Source: an uncultured Bacteroidales bacterium (lineage in GTDB: Bacteria > Bacteroidota > Bacteroidia > Bacteroidales > VadinHA17). Taken from it: a stretch of 64,000 nucleotides of DNA. Every line of letters begins with the position of its first letter. The first letter of the stretch is position 1. Positions 1-12,300 of the stretch are shown piece by piece. Made by a program: the position numbers and the translations under genes. Below the pieces are notes generated by a model, which saw only the letters and a program-made list of their open reading frames with translations, had not been told where the DNA came from and searched no databases. Location of the stretch: NCBI GenBank assembly GCA_963789985.1, contig CAWBNA010000019.1:464464-528463 (forward strand), written 5' to 3'.

Positions 1-2
1 CT

Positions 3-773
3 TACTTCACATTTAGTGACAACAATAAGCACAACCTCATTAAAGGTTATCAGTATCTTGTTTGCGGGATCCCGGTAAAATCGAAGCTTTATCATTATTC
101 TGATTTTATTCTTCCGGCAGGATACATCAGCAGCAATATGGAAGATCTGGTGAATTACCTGAAATTCCTCATAAACAATACCATTACCTCGTCAGGAGAT
201 ACAATTCTTACCTCCGGTCTTATGGATGACCTGACAGGCGGAAAACATCAGGGATACGCTATGGGTTGGTTCAATACATTTCATGATTCCCTGAGGATTG
301 TGAGGCATACCGGGCTTGACGAAAATTTTGCCTCCTCTCTGAACATTTTTCCGGGTCTCAGTCTCGGATGGGTAGTGTTGTGCAACGTCAACAGTTCCGA
401 GTTTTGCGACAAGGCCGACCTTGCCATACAATCTGTTCTCCTTGATAAAAAGAATCCTGGCTCAGCATCATTTGAAAGGCCATTGAGGTGGGCAATGTTT
501 ATTTTACCCCTTCTGCTTCTTGCAGCATTGATCTTTAATGTTGTAAGATGGGAAAAGGCAGGATTCAGGCTGGGCTTCAGTGCAAAAACCTTACCGTTTG
601 TCCGGCTGATTGTGAGCATCGTTCTAAGCGTGATTCCATTGTTACTTGTTTCAAGAATGTTCAGGATATTCATTCCCGACATGATCAGGTTCTCGCCTGA
701 TATAGGCTGGGGGCTGATACTGATTGCTTTTTTTGGAGTTGCAGGCTCGCTTGCGAGATATTTCGGCACTTAA
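3..773 (+). CDS. beta-lactamase-family serine hydrolase, C-terminal part (5' end outside window)
   Basis: The frame of ORF 138..773 stays open back to nt 3 with no stop. GYAMGWF...VRHTGLDENFASSL...GWVVLCNVN resembles the C-terminal half of class-C beta-lactamase-like hydrolases. The protein ends in hydrophobic helices (LLLLAALIF, IVSIVLSVIPLLLV, GLILIAFFGVAG). Confidence 0.5.
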   Translation, partial: YFTFSDNNKHNLIKGYQYLVCGIPVKSKLYHYSDFILPAGYISSNMEDLVNYLKFLINNTITSSGDTILTSGLMDDLTGGKHQGYAMGWFNTFHDSLRIVRHTGLDENFASSLNIFPGLSLGWVVLCNVNSSEFCDKADLAIQSVLLDKKNPGSASFERPLRWAMFILPLLLLAALIFNVVRWEKAGFRLGFSAKTLPFVRLIVSIVLSVIPLLLVSRMFRIFIPDMIRFSPDIGWGLILIAFFGVAGSLARYFGT

Positions 774-940
774 TCCGGAAAAGACCGGAAAAATGATCTG
801 TATCTAAAGTGGCACAATCATTCCTGAACGACTAAGCAGAAAATACTTTAAAATCCGGTTGCTTATGTGGAGATAATTGATAATAAGCAGTCAATACTGC
901 TATCGTTATTATTTATTAATAAGACATAAGAATAATAAAA

Positions 941-971
941 TTGACTTTTGGTTTTGTACGTTGTAACTTTG
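941..971 (+). promoter_or_regulatory. promoter, TTGAC-N18-TAACTTTG class, upstream of 1067 CDS
   Basis: The sequence reads TTGAC ttttggttttgtacgttg TAACTTTG and is preceded by AATAATAAAA. The same 31-nt architecture recurs at least 10 times in the window. Confidence 0.45.
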
Positions 972-1066
972 AATACGATTAGCCTGTTGAATTGAGAAAT
1001 TCAGATTTTTGTTTCGTTTTCTGTAAACAAGGATACTTATTAAAATCTATCGGGAGGAATAAGGTT

Positions 1067-2056
1067 ATGAAATCCAAAGTAGTCTTTTTATTTCTGATCC
1101 AGTTATTTTCTTTTGCCGGGATCACATCATCATACGGCCAGAAATCAACCCAGTGCATTGCTGTAATCACGGGTCTGAAAGGAAATGTTCTTTTAAAAAA
1201 GCAAAATCAATCAGAATTTGAAAAAACCTGTTGGGGAACACAGTTATTTAAGGGGGATCAGATAAAAACAACTTCCGAATCTGAGGCGACACTCACCTTT
1301 TCAAATAATAATCTGATAAAGCTCGATCAGAACGGAATGATTACCATTTCGGGCAGCGAATCGTCAATTGACAGCAATGCCGGAACTGTAAAGAAATTAT
1401 CACCGGAAATAATGGCAGATATGTCGGCTATTACTATGAAAAGGGATAACAGCAGGGACCTTGGCACCCTGGCGGGCCTCCGGTCAGGTGATGAGGCGCA
1501 GTCAATTGAACCGGACTCGCCATACAACACTGCATTAAAGTCGAACCGACCGGTGTTTACCTGGACTCCAAAAAAACAATTCGATGACTATATTGTGAAT
1601 CTATATAACAGCAAGGGTTTAGTGTGGAGCAGGAAAGTTACGGAAAACGCTCTGAAATACCTTGGTGATGAGAAAGGTCTTGAATTCGGGGAGGCCTATT
1701 TCTGGAACGTGGAAGGGGAGGATCTGTTAAACACTGAAAAATCACCAAACATCAGGTTTACAGTTCTTTCCGCTGAAAAGTCAAGGGAAGTTGAAGATCA
1801 GGAAGGTGTTATAAAGAAAACATTTGCAAATGATCCCGACAGCAGCAGCATGCATTCGTTTCTGGGGGCTTACTATATCAATCAGGGATTGTTTCAGGAT
1901 GCCATAAAGGAATTCCAGACCATTGCAATTATAAATCCTGATGCACCATTACCTCACGAAATTTTAGGTTCATTATTTTCAGATACAGGAAACAAGGACA
2001 AGGCCATAGAAGAGCTGCAAAAGGCTCTTGCACTGACAAAAAGCAGGGAGAAATAG
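1067..2056 (+). CDS. secreted FecR-like / TPR-repeat protein
   Basis: The ATG at 1067 gives the signal peptide MKSKVVFLFLIQLFSFAGITSSYG, whereas the listed 992 start is a TTG. GNVLLKKQNQSEFEKTCWGTQLFKGDQIKTTSESEATLTFSNNNLIKL looks FecR-like. The C-terminus has TPR-like helices (AIKEFQTIAIINPDAPLPHEILGSLFSDTGNKDKAIEELQKAL). Confidence 0.55.
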   Translation: MKSKVVFLFLIQLFSFAGITSSYGQKSTQCIAVITGLKGNVLLKKQNQSEFEKTCWGTQLFKGDQIKTTSESEATLTFSNNNLIKLDQNGMITISGSESSIDSNAGTVKKLSPEIMADMSAITMKRDNSRDLGTLAGLRSGDEAQSIEPDSPYNTALKSNRPVFTWTPKKQFDDYIVNLYNSKGLVWSRKVTENALKYLGDEKGLEFGEAYFWNVEGEDLLNTEKSPNIRFTVLSAEKSREVEDQEGVIKKTFANDPDSSSMHSFLGAYYINQGLFQDAIKEFQTIAIINPDAPLPHEILGSLFSDTGNKDKAIEELQKALALTKSREK

Positions 2057-2118
2057 TCTTACCGGCTTTTCTTGATAGTTTATTGTGATTCTGGTTCTTC
2101 AACAAAACCGTATTTGTC

Positions 2119-5010
2119 ATGGAGATACAATTCCGGATTCGGACAGCTAAAATAAGGAAGTATAGCCGGGCTGTATTTTTATTATTTAGCACTGCATTAC
2201 TGTCAATCACTTTCGCTCAGTCACAGTCTCTTTCGCAGGAAGAATTCAACCAGGGAATTATAAAAGCGTACAACAATAACAGAAGCACTATTGCTGATTC
2301 ATTGATAAAAAACAACAGGCTTCTTGTCAAACCTTTTGTAAACAGTCTGATCACAGGTTGTATTGAGAGCGAGCTGAAAGGGAAAGTAAAAGATGCATCG
2401 AATCTTCAGGCAATTGCATCAAGGGCTGCTGAAAGCTTTGAAAAGATTTTTAGTGAAAAAAGCCTGACAATAGGTGTTAATTATTTAACAGCTTGGACCA
2501 TAGAGCAGAAGAAGAAGAAAATCGTCGCTGACAGCTCTTATGCAGTTCGGGACAAAATTAAGAATCGCCAAAGAAAGGACAAAAGCCCTTCAGGAACTTA
2601 AACATGCATTTGATAAATATAGTGAAATAGAAGATGAAAGGGGTGAAGCAGAAGTTCTTGGAGGAATTGGAGCAGTCAATTTTGACGTGAAGGATGCTCA
2701 AAACGCAATGTCATTCTATAATGAAGCGCTGGTGCAAAGAGAAGAAGGTAGATGACAGGCAATTAATAGGGAGTACATTGAATGGGCTGGGTGCAGTATA
2801 ATTACATATATTCTTAATGATTATCAGAAAGCGTTGCAGTTTTATGAAAAGGCAGAAAAAATAAGAAATGAGATCGGTGAATCTTGCTGGACTCAGAACC
2901 ACAAAATCCTATGAGGCGATGCATATTTTGAATGGGGAGAATTGCAGACTCTAATACAAGGTAAATTATCACTGATGCTCTTGAAAAGTACAATGAAGCC
3001 CTATGAAATCAGAACCGAGTTGGATAAGCGATCAGAAATGGTGAGGTTCTTAGCCATATTGGGATTCGTTTATTCAAGAGTCGGAGATTATGGGAAGCTG
3101 TCAGAAAACTGACTGAAGCGGAAGAAAATTGCGAAGGAAGAAAATGATTCCCTGGGTCTTGCAGGAGTTTTCAACAATCTTGGAGTTAGTTTACAGAATG
3201 CAGGCAGGATTGAGAAATCACTGGATTACTACAATAATTCTCTTGAAATATATCAAAAGTTTGGGAAACCGGATATGACAATGCCAATATTGAGCAACTT
3301 AGGCACAATTTACTTTGACAGAAAAGAGTATGAGAAAGCAGAGGATTATCAGGAAAGAGGCCTCCAATTAAGCCGAGAACCTTGGTGAAAAGGATCTGGA
3401 AGTAAATTTTCTTCTGAACCTTGCAAACGATCAGATTATGCTTGGGAAAATTGACTCTGCCAGATCAAACTATGATTCAGCTTATGAGATCGCACGTTCT
3501 TTTAACAGTCCTGAGCTTATCTGGAAGATATTTGCCGGTATGGCTGAAACACATGAAAGGAAAGGAGAGTATGATAAAGTCATTCAGTTAAATGATTCAG
3601 CCCTGAAAATAATCGGAAATATGCGTAACAATCTTCAAAGCAGTGAATTAAGAGCCAGTTATCTGGCAAGTGAACGTTATGCCTTTGAGGGCATTATCAA
3701 TATGCTTGAAATGCTTCATGAAAAAGATGGATCGAAGGGATATGACACACTCGCTTTCCGATATGCAGAACAATGCAAGTCACGTGTTTTGCTGGATCTA
3801 TCTGACAGAATCAATGTCGAATAAGGAGAAAAAAGAGGATTACAATGAAAAAACAAGGAATGAATTCCTTCAAAATGCTCAGCCTGTCTCGCTCAAAGAG
3901 GTTCAAGCAATTTGTCCTGGCTAAAAATACTGTTATTCTCGAATACATGGTTGGGGATAGCATTCTTGTCTTTGGGCAATCACAAAAACAAACCACCAGC
4001 TTTTTAGGCTGCCGGACAGGAAGAAGCTTCAGGAACAGGTTGAAACCATCAGGTTTGCTATGCTTGATCCCAGCCAGCCGGTGAATGAGTTTTTTACTGA
4101 AGCAGGTAATTCATTATATGAAGAATTAATAAAACCTGCTGAATCATTTTTCACAAAAAAAAGCGAACTTATAATTATTCCTGACGGAGTATTGAATTAT
4201 CTTCCATTTGAAGTGTTATTAACCGAAAAAAAAACAATCAGAAATTCTGCAACTTTTTCCGATATGCCCTTTCTTGTGGAAAAGTATCCGGTCAGTTACG
4301 CCCAATCGGCAAGCGTATTGAAAAGTCTGCTTTCGGAAAGCATAAAGAAAACAAATGAGCTGCAAAAAAAGGAAAGATTTATTGCCTTTGCAGATCCGGA
4401 ATACAATAATTCCACTGAAATTCATGGTGAAAAGTTCAAAAGACTGGAATACAGCAGCGGTGAAGTTGAAAACATTGCTTCATTTTTTGATAAGGGTGCT
4501 TCAGAAATATTTCTCGGGAAAGATGCTACCGAGGAAAATGTGAAAAAAGAAAACCGTTTTTCAGGTTATAATTATATACATTTTGCAACTCATGGTCTGA
4601 TTGATGAAAATAATCCTGATCTGAGTTCTCTTGTTCTGACCAAGGACAATAATTCAAATGAAGATGGACTGCTGACAGCTTCCGAAATATTCAATCTTAA
4701 GCTTAACGCCAATCTGGTAGTCCTGAGCGCCTGCCAGACAGGTCTGGGTAAACTTGTGCGCGGTGAAGGCATGGTCGGACTTACGCGTGCCTTTATGTAT
4801 GCCGGGACACCCTCTGTTCTGGTTAGTTTATGGAGCGTATCAGATAACTCTACCTCGGTTCTGATGGGAGAGTTTTATAAAAATCTGATAAGAAACAAAC
4901 TCAGCAAAACTGATGCCTTGCGTAAAGCGCAAATGACTTTATTAAGTGACAAAAAACTTGCCCATCCTTTCTATTGGGCGCCCTTTGTCCTGATCGGAGA
5001 CTGGAGGTAG
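2119..5010 (+). pseudogene. TPR-repeat CHAT-domain (caspase-like) protein, disrupted by multiple frameshifts/stops
   Basis: The gene is split into ORF pieces 2119..2601, 2540..2755, 3438..3824, 3845..4084 and 4060..5010 in three frames. TPR peptides are still readable between them, for example NNLGVSLQNAGRIEKSLDYYNNSLEIYQKFG around 3170-3260, which runs into SREPW-stop at about 3385. The intact C-terminal 316 aa has CHAT His/Cys motifs (YIHFATHG, LVVLSACQTGLGK). The N-terminus looks like a signal peptide. Confidence 0.7.
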
Positions 5011-5766
5011 CCGTTCAGAGTTTAAGAGTTCAGACATGCTTAATAGCAAAAATTACAATCCTTGGTCGAAAATTGAAAGTTTTTACCGAAAAGTGTAATA
5101 AAATGATGGTTTTTTTAAAATTAACGTGGTGGATTTAAGTCTTAACTTTTTCATAAATTATAGTAACCGATTGACCGAATTAATACATATCATTTTGATA
5201 TTTCAAAATAATTGATTTTTAGTTAAACAATAGTTTTTTGACAATGATTCATTATACAATTTCATTGCATAAGTCACGGACTGAATAAGTGGTATTGCTG
5301 ATTTAAAAATCGTTGAAAGAGTGATTTCTTATAAAAATTTTGGATTCTTGCAACAATTTCAAATAGAAATTTGATTAAACCATTATTTTTTTTGACGAAT
5401 AATATTGACTTCAGTTTTATGATAGATGAACTTTGTTTAAGAATTTGTTTGACAAACTTTTATTTGAAAGGGTGTATTTACTTCATATATACTCTGTAGA
5501 ATATTCTTAATAATCTCCTTTCTTTTTTGATTACTGACTAGAATTTTTCAGATATAAAATTACTTGAATTATTGTAGTTGATTATTGTTCAGTTTTTGTT
5601 ACCGGTAAGCTTGGGTTGCAAACCTGACAAATTGAATTACCGTATCATTTAATGAACGCCTTATTTTATAAAGAATTTGACAAAAATCTAACTGTTATTT
5701 CATTTATTACAAAATCAAATCAAAGCTCACAACTACTAGATATTTAAATTTTTAAATAATCAGAAA

Positions 5767-6330
5767 ATGAAAAACCTGAAAAAAATTATTAACCTGAACT
5801 ATTGGGTGATTATTTGCTTTTTGCTTTTATCAGCAACAGAAACTAAAGCACAGGTGAAGAAGATGACGGCGAAAGATATGACAGATGTATCCACAGCTGT
5901 GCTTTACGGGAAATGTAAAAGTAAAAGGTGTGACTGGAATGAAAACAAGAGCACTATTTACACTTACATAACGATTGTTCCCGAGGAGTATATAAAAGGT
6001 AATCTGGGTACAGAGGTGGTGGTTGCTGTTCCCGGCGGAAGGGTGGACAAAATGCTTTATGAAGTTTCTGAAACTCCATTTTTTACTGAGGGAGAAGATG
6101 TTATGGCATTTATCTGGACCAGTCCTAAAGGTAAACACCTGATAACCGGAGGATCCCAGGGGAAGATAAAGATTGAAAAAGATGCTAAGACAGGAAAAAG
6201 ATTTGTAAATGATCCGGATGGTGACTCAGAGACAGCAACCCAAAATCTGGCGCCGGGACAAGTTAAAAAAGCTGAAAAGATACAGCTTGAGGATTATGTT
6301 GTTAAGCTGAAAGGTTATATGAAACACTAA
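5767..6330 (+). CDS. hypothetical secreted protein (signal peptide), first gene of unit with the giant T9SS protein
   Basis: A 187-aa ORF with signal peptide MKNLKKIINLNYWVIICFLLLSATETKAQ. It ends 37 nt before the 6367 start on the same strand. No family was recognised. Confidence 0.6.
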   Translation: MKNLKKIINLNYWVIICFLLLSATETKAQVKKMTAKDMTDVSTAVLYGKCKSKRCDWNENKSTIYTYITIVPEEYIKGNLGTEVVVAVPGGRVDKMLYEVSETPFFTEGEDVMAFIWTSPKGKHLITGGSQGKIKIEKDAKTGKRFVNDPDGDSETATQNLAPGQVKKAEKIQLEDYVVKLKGYMKH

Positions 6331-6366
6331 CCCGAGTAGTGATAAAATCAGTAAAAACCTGAAAAT

Positions 6367-9300
6367 ATGAATATCATAAAAAAAATAATACTACATATAA
6401 TCGCAGTAACTGCCCTTTTTTTTACTCTTTCGGGAGTTTTATTTTCACAGGGTCAGCAAGGACATCAAATTACGGATATTGATGGGAATTATTATGACAT
6501 CGTTACAATAAGTTCTCCTACATATCCTACATATCATATAGCTTGGATGGCAGAGAACCTTAAGACAACTAGATATAATGATACAACTCCACTAAATTAT
6601 CCCGGAGATAATAATTCAGATTGGGAAGCCAGTACTATAGGATCTTACGCATGGTATAATAATGATGAAGCAACATTTAAAAATACCTATGGAGCTTTAT
6701 ACAATTGGTACGTAGTAAATTCATCATACAACGTTTTGAAAGAGGTATGTCCTACTGGATGGAGAGAAGCGGGATATGGTGATTGGATTGCCTTAGTAGA
6801 TATTTTCGGAGGAGAATCAGTTGCTGGGGGAAAATTGAAAGCCACTGGTACAATTGAAGGGGGAGATGGATTGTGGCATAGTCCTAATACGGATGCAACA
6901 AACGAAGCAGGCTTTTCAGCATTACCTGGTGGACGCAGATTACCTGATGGATCTTTCGAAAAAATAGGTACAGATGGGTACTGGAGAGTTACAAAAATAG
7001 TTACTGAAGGTCAAGTGGTCTCCTATACCATGAACTACAATTCCGCTTCACTTGTAAGAGAGGATGTAAATGAAGCATATGGATATTCAATTCGTTGTGT
7101 CCATGAGGATGATATTGATGGAACATTGTATACAACACCAACTCTAACTACTGCCATAGCATCATCAATAACCGAGACAGGAGCTCAAAGTGGTGGAAAT
7201 ATTACTGATGATGGAAATACTCCGACAATAGACTCAAGGGGAGTATGCTGGAGCACATCACATAACCCGACTATTGCGAATTCTTTTACTTCTGATGGCT
7301 CAGAGACAGGCAGCTTTACAAGTGATATTGCAGGATTAGTCCCTAATACAACCTATTATGTAAGGGCTTACGCGACAAATAGCATCGGAACTGCCTATGG
7401 AAATGAAATTAGCTTTACAACTTATAAATCAGATGCAATTACTGACATTGAAGGGAATTATTATAACATAATAACTATCGGCTCTCAGGTGTGGATGGCT
7501 GAAAACCTAACCACAACAAGATATGCTAATGGCGATGCTATTCCAACGACACCTGGTTCACATGACGATATATCAGGTGAGTCGGAACCTAAATACCAAT
7601 GGCTTAGTCCTAGTCATTTTGGTAGATTTTATACATGGTACGCAATAAATGACAGTCGTAATGTATGTCCCGAAAACTGGCATGTGCCTTCCGATGTTGA
7701 ATGGACAATTCTATCAAATTATTTGGGAGGTGAAAGTGTGGCAGGTAGCAAAATGAAAGCAATAGGTAATAATTGGTTTCATTCTAACTGCAGTAACGGT
7801 AATAACGAATCGGGTTTCACGGCACTTCCTGCAGGTTTTCGAACCGATCATGACTTCGAGGGTTTTACGTATAATGCATTTTTTTGGAGTTCCACATATG
7901 CTAATAATTCCAATGCCTGGTCCAGTAAACTATATGCTTGTCAGGATCAGTTAACAATATCAGAGGACCTCCCTGGATATGGCTATTCAGTCCGTTGTGT
8001 CAAAGACGGCAATCCGGCAATTGTTACAAATACTAACGACGTTGGTGAAGGAAGTCTTAGAAATGCTATTGAATATGCAAATTCAACTATTGGAGTAAAA
8101 GATACTATCACCTTTAACATATCTGGTCCCGGACCGTTTACGATAAAGCCTGTGACACCATTCCCTGAAATCACGGATCCGGTTATCATTGATGGTTATT
8201 CTCAGCCTGGGGCCTCTCCGGCTACTGCTTATAATCCTGCAATAATCAAGATCGAAATTGATGGAGAAAATTTAAGCTCTGGAACATCAGGACTCAGAAT
8301 AAGAGCTGACAACTGTATGATTAAAGGCCTCAATATCAATCGATTTAAAGCAGATGCAATTCTTATTGGCAGTTCCAATGAAAGTTCCTTTGGAAATAAT
8401 AACACTATTGCCGGTAATTATATCGGTACGGATATAACCGGTAAAAATGTATTTAGTGAAAATGTATTTAGTGAGTATCAGAATACGGGAATAGCAGTAA
8501 ATAAAGATAACAACAGGATAGGGGGAAATTTACCATCCGAGCGAAACATCATTTGTGGAAACATAGATGGAATAGCAGTCAGTCACAATGGGAATTCTAT
8601 TCTGGGTAACTACATCGGGGTTGATGTTTCCGGCAAGCTGCCGCTTGGCAATTATAGAGGCATCTATGTAAATGTCGGGACAAATAATATTATTGGAGGA
8701 GCTGGCTCTGGCGAAAGAAATATAGTCTCCTCCAATGCCACAACAGGGATTTCGATCGCATGGTCAAGTACTGGAAATAAGATAATTGGTAATTATATAG
8801 GTGTCGATGTTACCGGTCATTTGCACCTTGGAAATGGTGACTGCGGTATCGGAATCATGAATGGTGCTTCTGACAATATTATTGGAGGATCTAATCCTGG
8901 TGAAGGAAATATTATTTCTGATAACTCGAATGAAGGGATCTTGATAAAGTTTACATCGACTGATAATGCACCAAGACCATCGCAAAGGAATAAAATTCAA
9001 GGCAACTACATAGGTACTGATGCCAGTGGAACAGAGTCCCATAGTAATGGTAAAAATGGGATCAAATTGGATGAATATGCAATTAACAACCAAATTGGTG
9101 GAACAGAAAGTGGTGCCGCGAATATTATTGCTTTCAACGGCAACTCAGGTGTCTTATGCACTGGTGTTACAAATCCTAGTTCAGGTAACAGCATTTTATC
9201 AAATTCCATCTATTCCAACACGGGATTAGGCATCGATCTTGGAAACGATGGTGTAACATCAAATGACAACAGCGATAATGACACTGGTGCCAATAACCTG

Positions 9301-12300
9301 CAAAATTATCCTTTACTGTCATCAGTCAGCTTCAGTCCTGGGAAAGTTAATATCATTGGCAGTTTTAATAGCAACGCAGGACGAGCTTATACTATCCAGT
9401 ATTTTGCAAGCAAGATGAAAAATGTTTCCGGCTTTGGCGAAGGAGAGACCTTCCTGGGATCAGAAACTGTCAATACTAATAGTAGCGGAAATGCGGCAAT
9501 CAATACCTCATTTGCAATAAACGGAGCATCAGGCCAGGTGATTACCGCAACTGCCACCGATCCGGACGGAAATACATCGGAATTTTCAAATGCTGTCGGC
9601 GGTCTGGCAGACCTGACAGTCGGTTCTGCCCTAGACCTGCATTATGTGTACAATGAAACAGGCGCAGAGAAAATTACTGACGGCTCTGATATAACTGCCA
9701 TTACCAATGCGTTCCAGACATGGACAAACATCCCTACGGCAGGCATCAGTTTTAAAAATGATGGCCCTGTTGCCACCAAATATGCAAATGCAAGTGATGG
9801 CATTAACCTTGTAAGTTTCGTGGATGACCAATACGATTGGACACCTGGCGTACTTGCTTATTCTGCCAGAATGGTGGATATGGAAGCAAACGGCGGGAAA
9901 GGGAAGATAACTGATGCAGATATAATAGTAAATCCTGAATTTGCAAACGTCCTTAAGGGGACAGTGACAGAAAATGATGCTGGAACGGAGGGATATTATG
10001 ATATTCAGAGTATTTTAACCCATGAAATTGGACATAACCTTGGCCTGCTGCATTCATGTATTGTCAATTCAACAATGTTCTACTGGCTCGATAAGGGAAA
10101 GACGGATGAAAGGAAACTGAAACCTGATGATGTGGCATGGGCAAGCTATATGTACCCCGGTGGGTCTTACAGTACTTCGTATGGTACAATATCCGGAGAT
10201 ATTACTTATGGTTATGATCCAAATCCAAAAGTAGTTGGTGCTTTCATAACTGCTACCAATGTATCTAGTGGTGACCAATTCCACTCATACAGCGAGGAAA
10301 ATGGTAAATATGTTGTGCCGGTATCTGCTCCGGCGGGTTCGGATTCCCATTACTACATCGATATTCAACCACTTGATGGTTCTGTCAATGGATTTCAGAT
10401 TACTCCGGCAAATATAAGCAATTACATTTTCAGCAATACAGTATATTTTGATTATCCGAATGAATTCTATAATTCAGGTGAATCAAACAATGATGATGTA
10501 AATGCTAAAACAGCGGTTCCTGTCTCATCTGGTTCAGAAACATCCGGAATAAATATAATTACCAATATAGATAATATACCTCCGACGGTCCTTTCCATAA
10601 CGCCTGTAAGTGGCACAAAAGTTGAGATTCTGCCGGATATAATTATCAAATTCTCAGAACCTGTTGATATTACTTCTTTCACAGATGCATCCTGCTATCT
10701 GCAATCAGGCGATAACAAATATTTTGGCAGTTATGCAAAACTGGGAGGTAATTCAGATGCAATTATTTTTACTCCTAAAAACCCTCTTCCTTATAGTACT
10801 ACATTTATTCTTCATCTTATAGGACAAGTAAGCAGTAGTGTCAAGGGAATAACTGATCTCAGAGGAAACGAACTTGATGTGTCCGGTCTGGCTCCATACA
10901 ATATTATAACTATTAATGCTGACAATGTACCGCCTACAATTCTGAGTACGGTTCCGGCCAGCGGGGCAACAGGAGTATTTGTGACTGACAAGATCTCTGT
11001 TTTTTTCTCCGAACCGATGAATAAAACCTCTGTCCAGAACAATTTCACAGTCACTGGTGGGGGCACCAGTATAGCCGGTTCATTCAGCTGGAATAATGAA
11101 CTGACTGCTGTGACGTTTACTCCTTCAAAAAGCCTGTCAGAAAATACATCTTATACTTTGACTTTAATTGATAAGATTTCGGATCTTAATGGAATTCGCT
11201 TAGGGGGAGATAATACAGATAACGATGATAATGTTGCAGTCACCTTTACAACTGTTGCAGTATCCAGACCTAAAATAGCTTACCGCGGACCTGACGACAA
11301 TAAGACAGGGATTACTGTAACCACTCCGGTTGTGATCGATTTTACGGAACCGATCAACACATTAACTGTTAATCAAACAACATTTAAATTACTGCTTAAC
11401 GGTACCCAGGTAAACGGATCCTTTGAATTTCTGAATGAGAATTCCCGCGTGGTGTTCAGGCCTGATGCTGATCTTGAGTTCAGTAAAACCTATACAGTTA
11501 CACTTTCTGAATCAATAATGGATGTATCAGATCCGAGTCAGAATCTTGACCTAGCAGGTAAACCGACAACCACTTTTACCACTGCAGCAATGCCTCTGGC
11601 TCCAAGTATCCTTTATATTGAAAAGCCAACCGGAGCTCACAGTGACGAAGTAACGATCTCAGGCGAAGGATTTGATCCTAATCCTTCAAACAACAAAGTA
11701 GATTTTGCAGGTGTTTCTGCAACGGTTACGGGTGCAACCCTTAACAGCCTGACAGTTAAAGTTCCCACAACGGCTCAGTCAGGTACGGTAAATGTTACTG
11801 TTAAAAGCAAAACAACATCTCCGGGATTCTTCTTTTATATCATCCCTGATGTGCTTGAACTGCCAGAAAACTGGGCAACAACGAACACAAATTCCAACAG
11901 CAATCCGACAGGGTTAGCTTTGAATACTGAAGCTACTACGGCATATATCACCAATCCCGGATTAAACACTGTTTCAATAATTGATATGGCAACATTAAAG
12001 ATAACCGGGAGTTATAAGGTTGGAATAATGCCGTTAAAAATTGCTTTAAATCCAACATGTACCAAAGCATACGTTACCAATTACGGCTCCTGCACCGTTT
12101 CAGTCATTGATCTTATCACGGGATCTGTTAAAGAGATCAATGTAGGATTAAATCCTTGGGGTGTTGCTGTTACTCCGGACGGCAACAGGGTTTATGTTGC
12201 AAATTATTCTTCCAATGACCTGTCAGTCATTGATGAAAACCCCAACAGCGGCGGATTCGATCATGTAGTTGCCAATGTGAATACAGGAACCGGGAACAAG

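Noticed and set aside
992-1066. Upstream TTG/alternative starts given by the ORF track (992, 14881, 19005, 22188, 23581, 25977, 34443, 41466, 58276, 62206).
   Set aside because: In each case an in-frame ATG further in gives a proper signal peptide or conserved N-terminus. That ATG also sits correctly relative to a -7 box or the upstream gene's stop.
2119-5010. The frameshifts in the TPR-CHAT gene as generic sequencing or assembly error.
   Set aside because: Neighbouring long ORFs (7.1 kb, 2.6 kb and 2.3 kb) are uninterrupted, so errors would have to be confined to this 1.9-kb interval. This is still worth checking in the reads.
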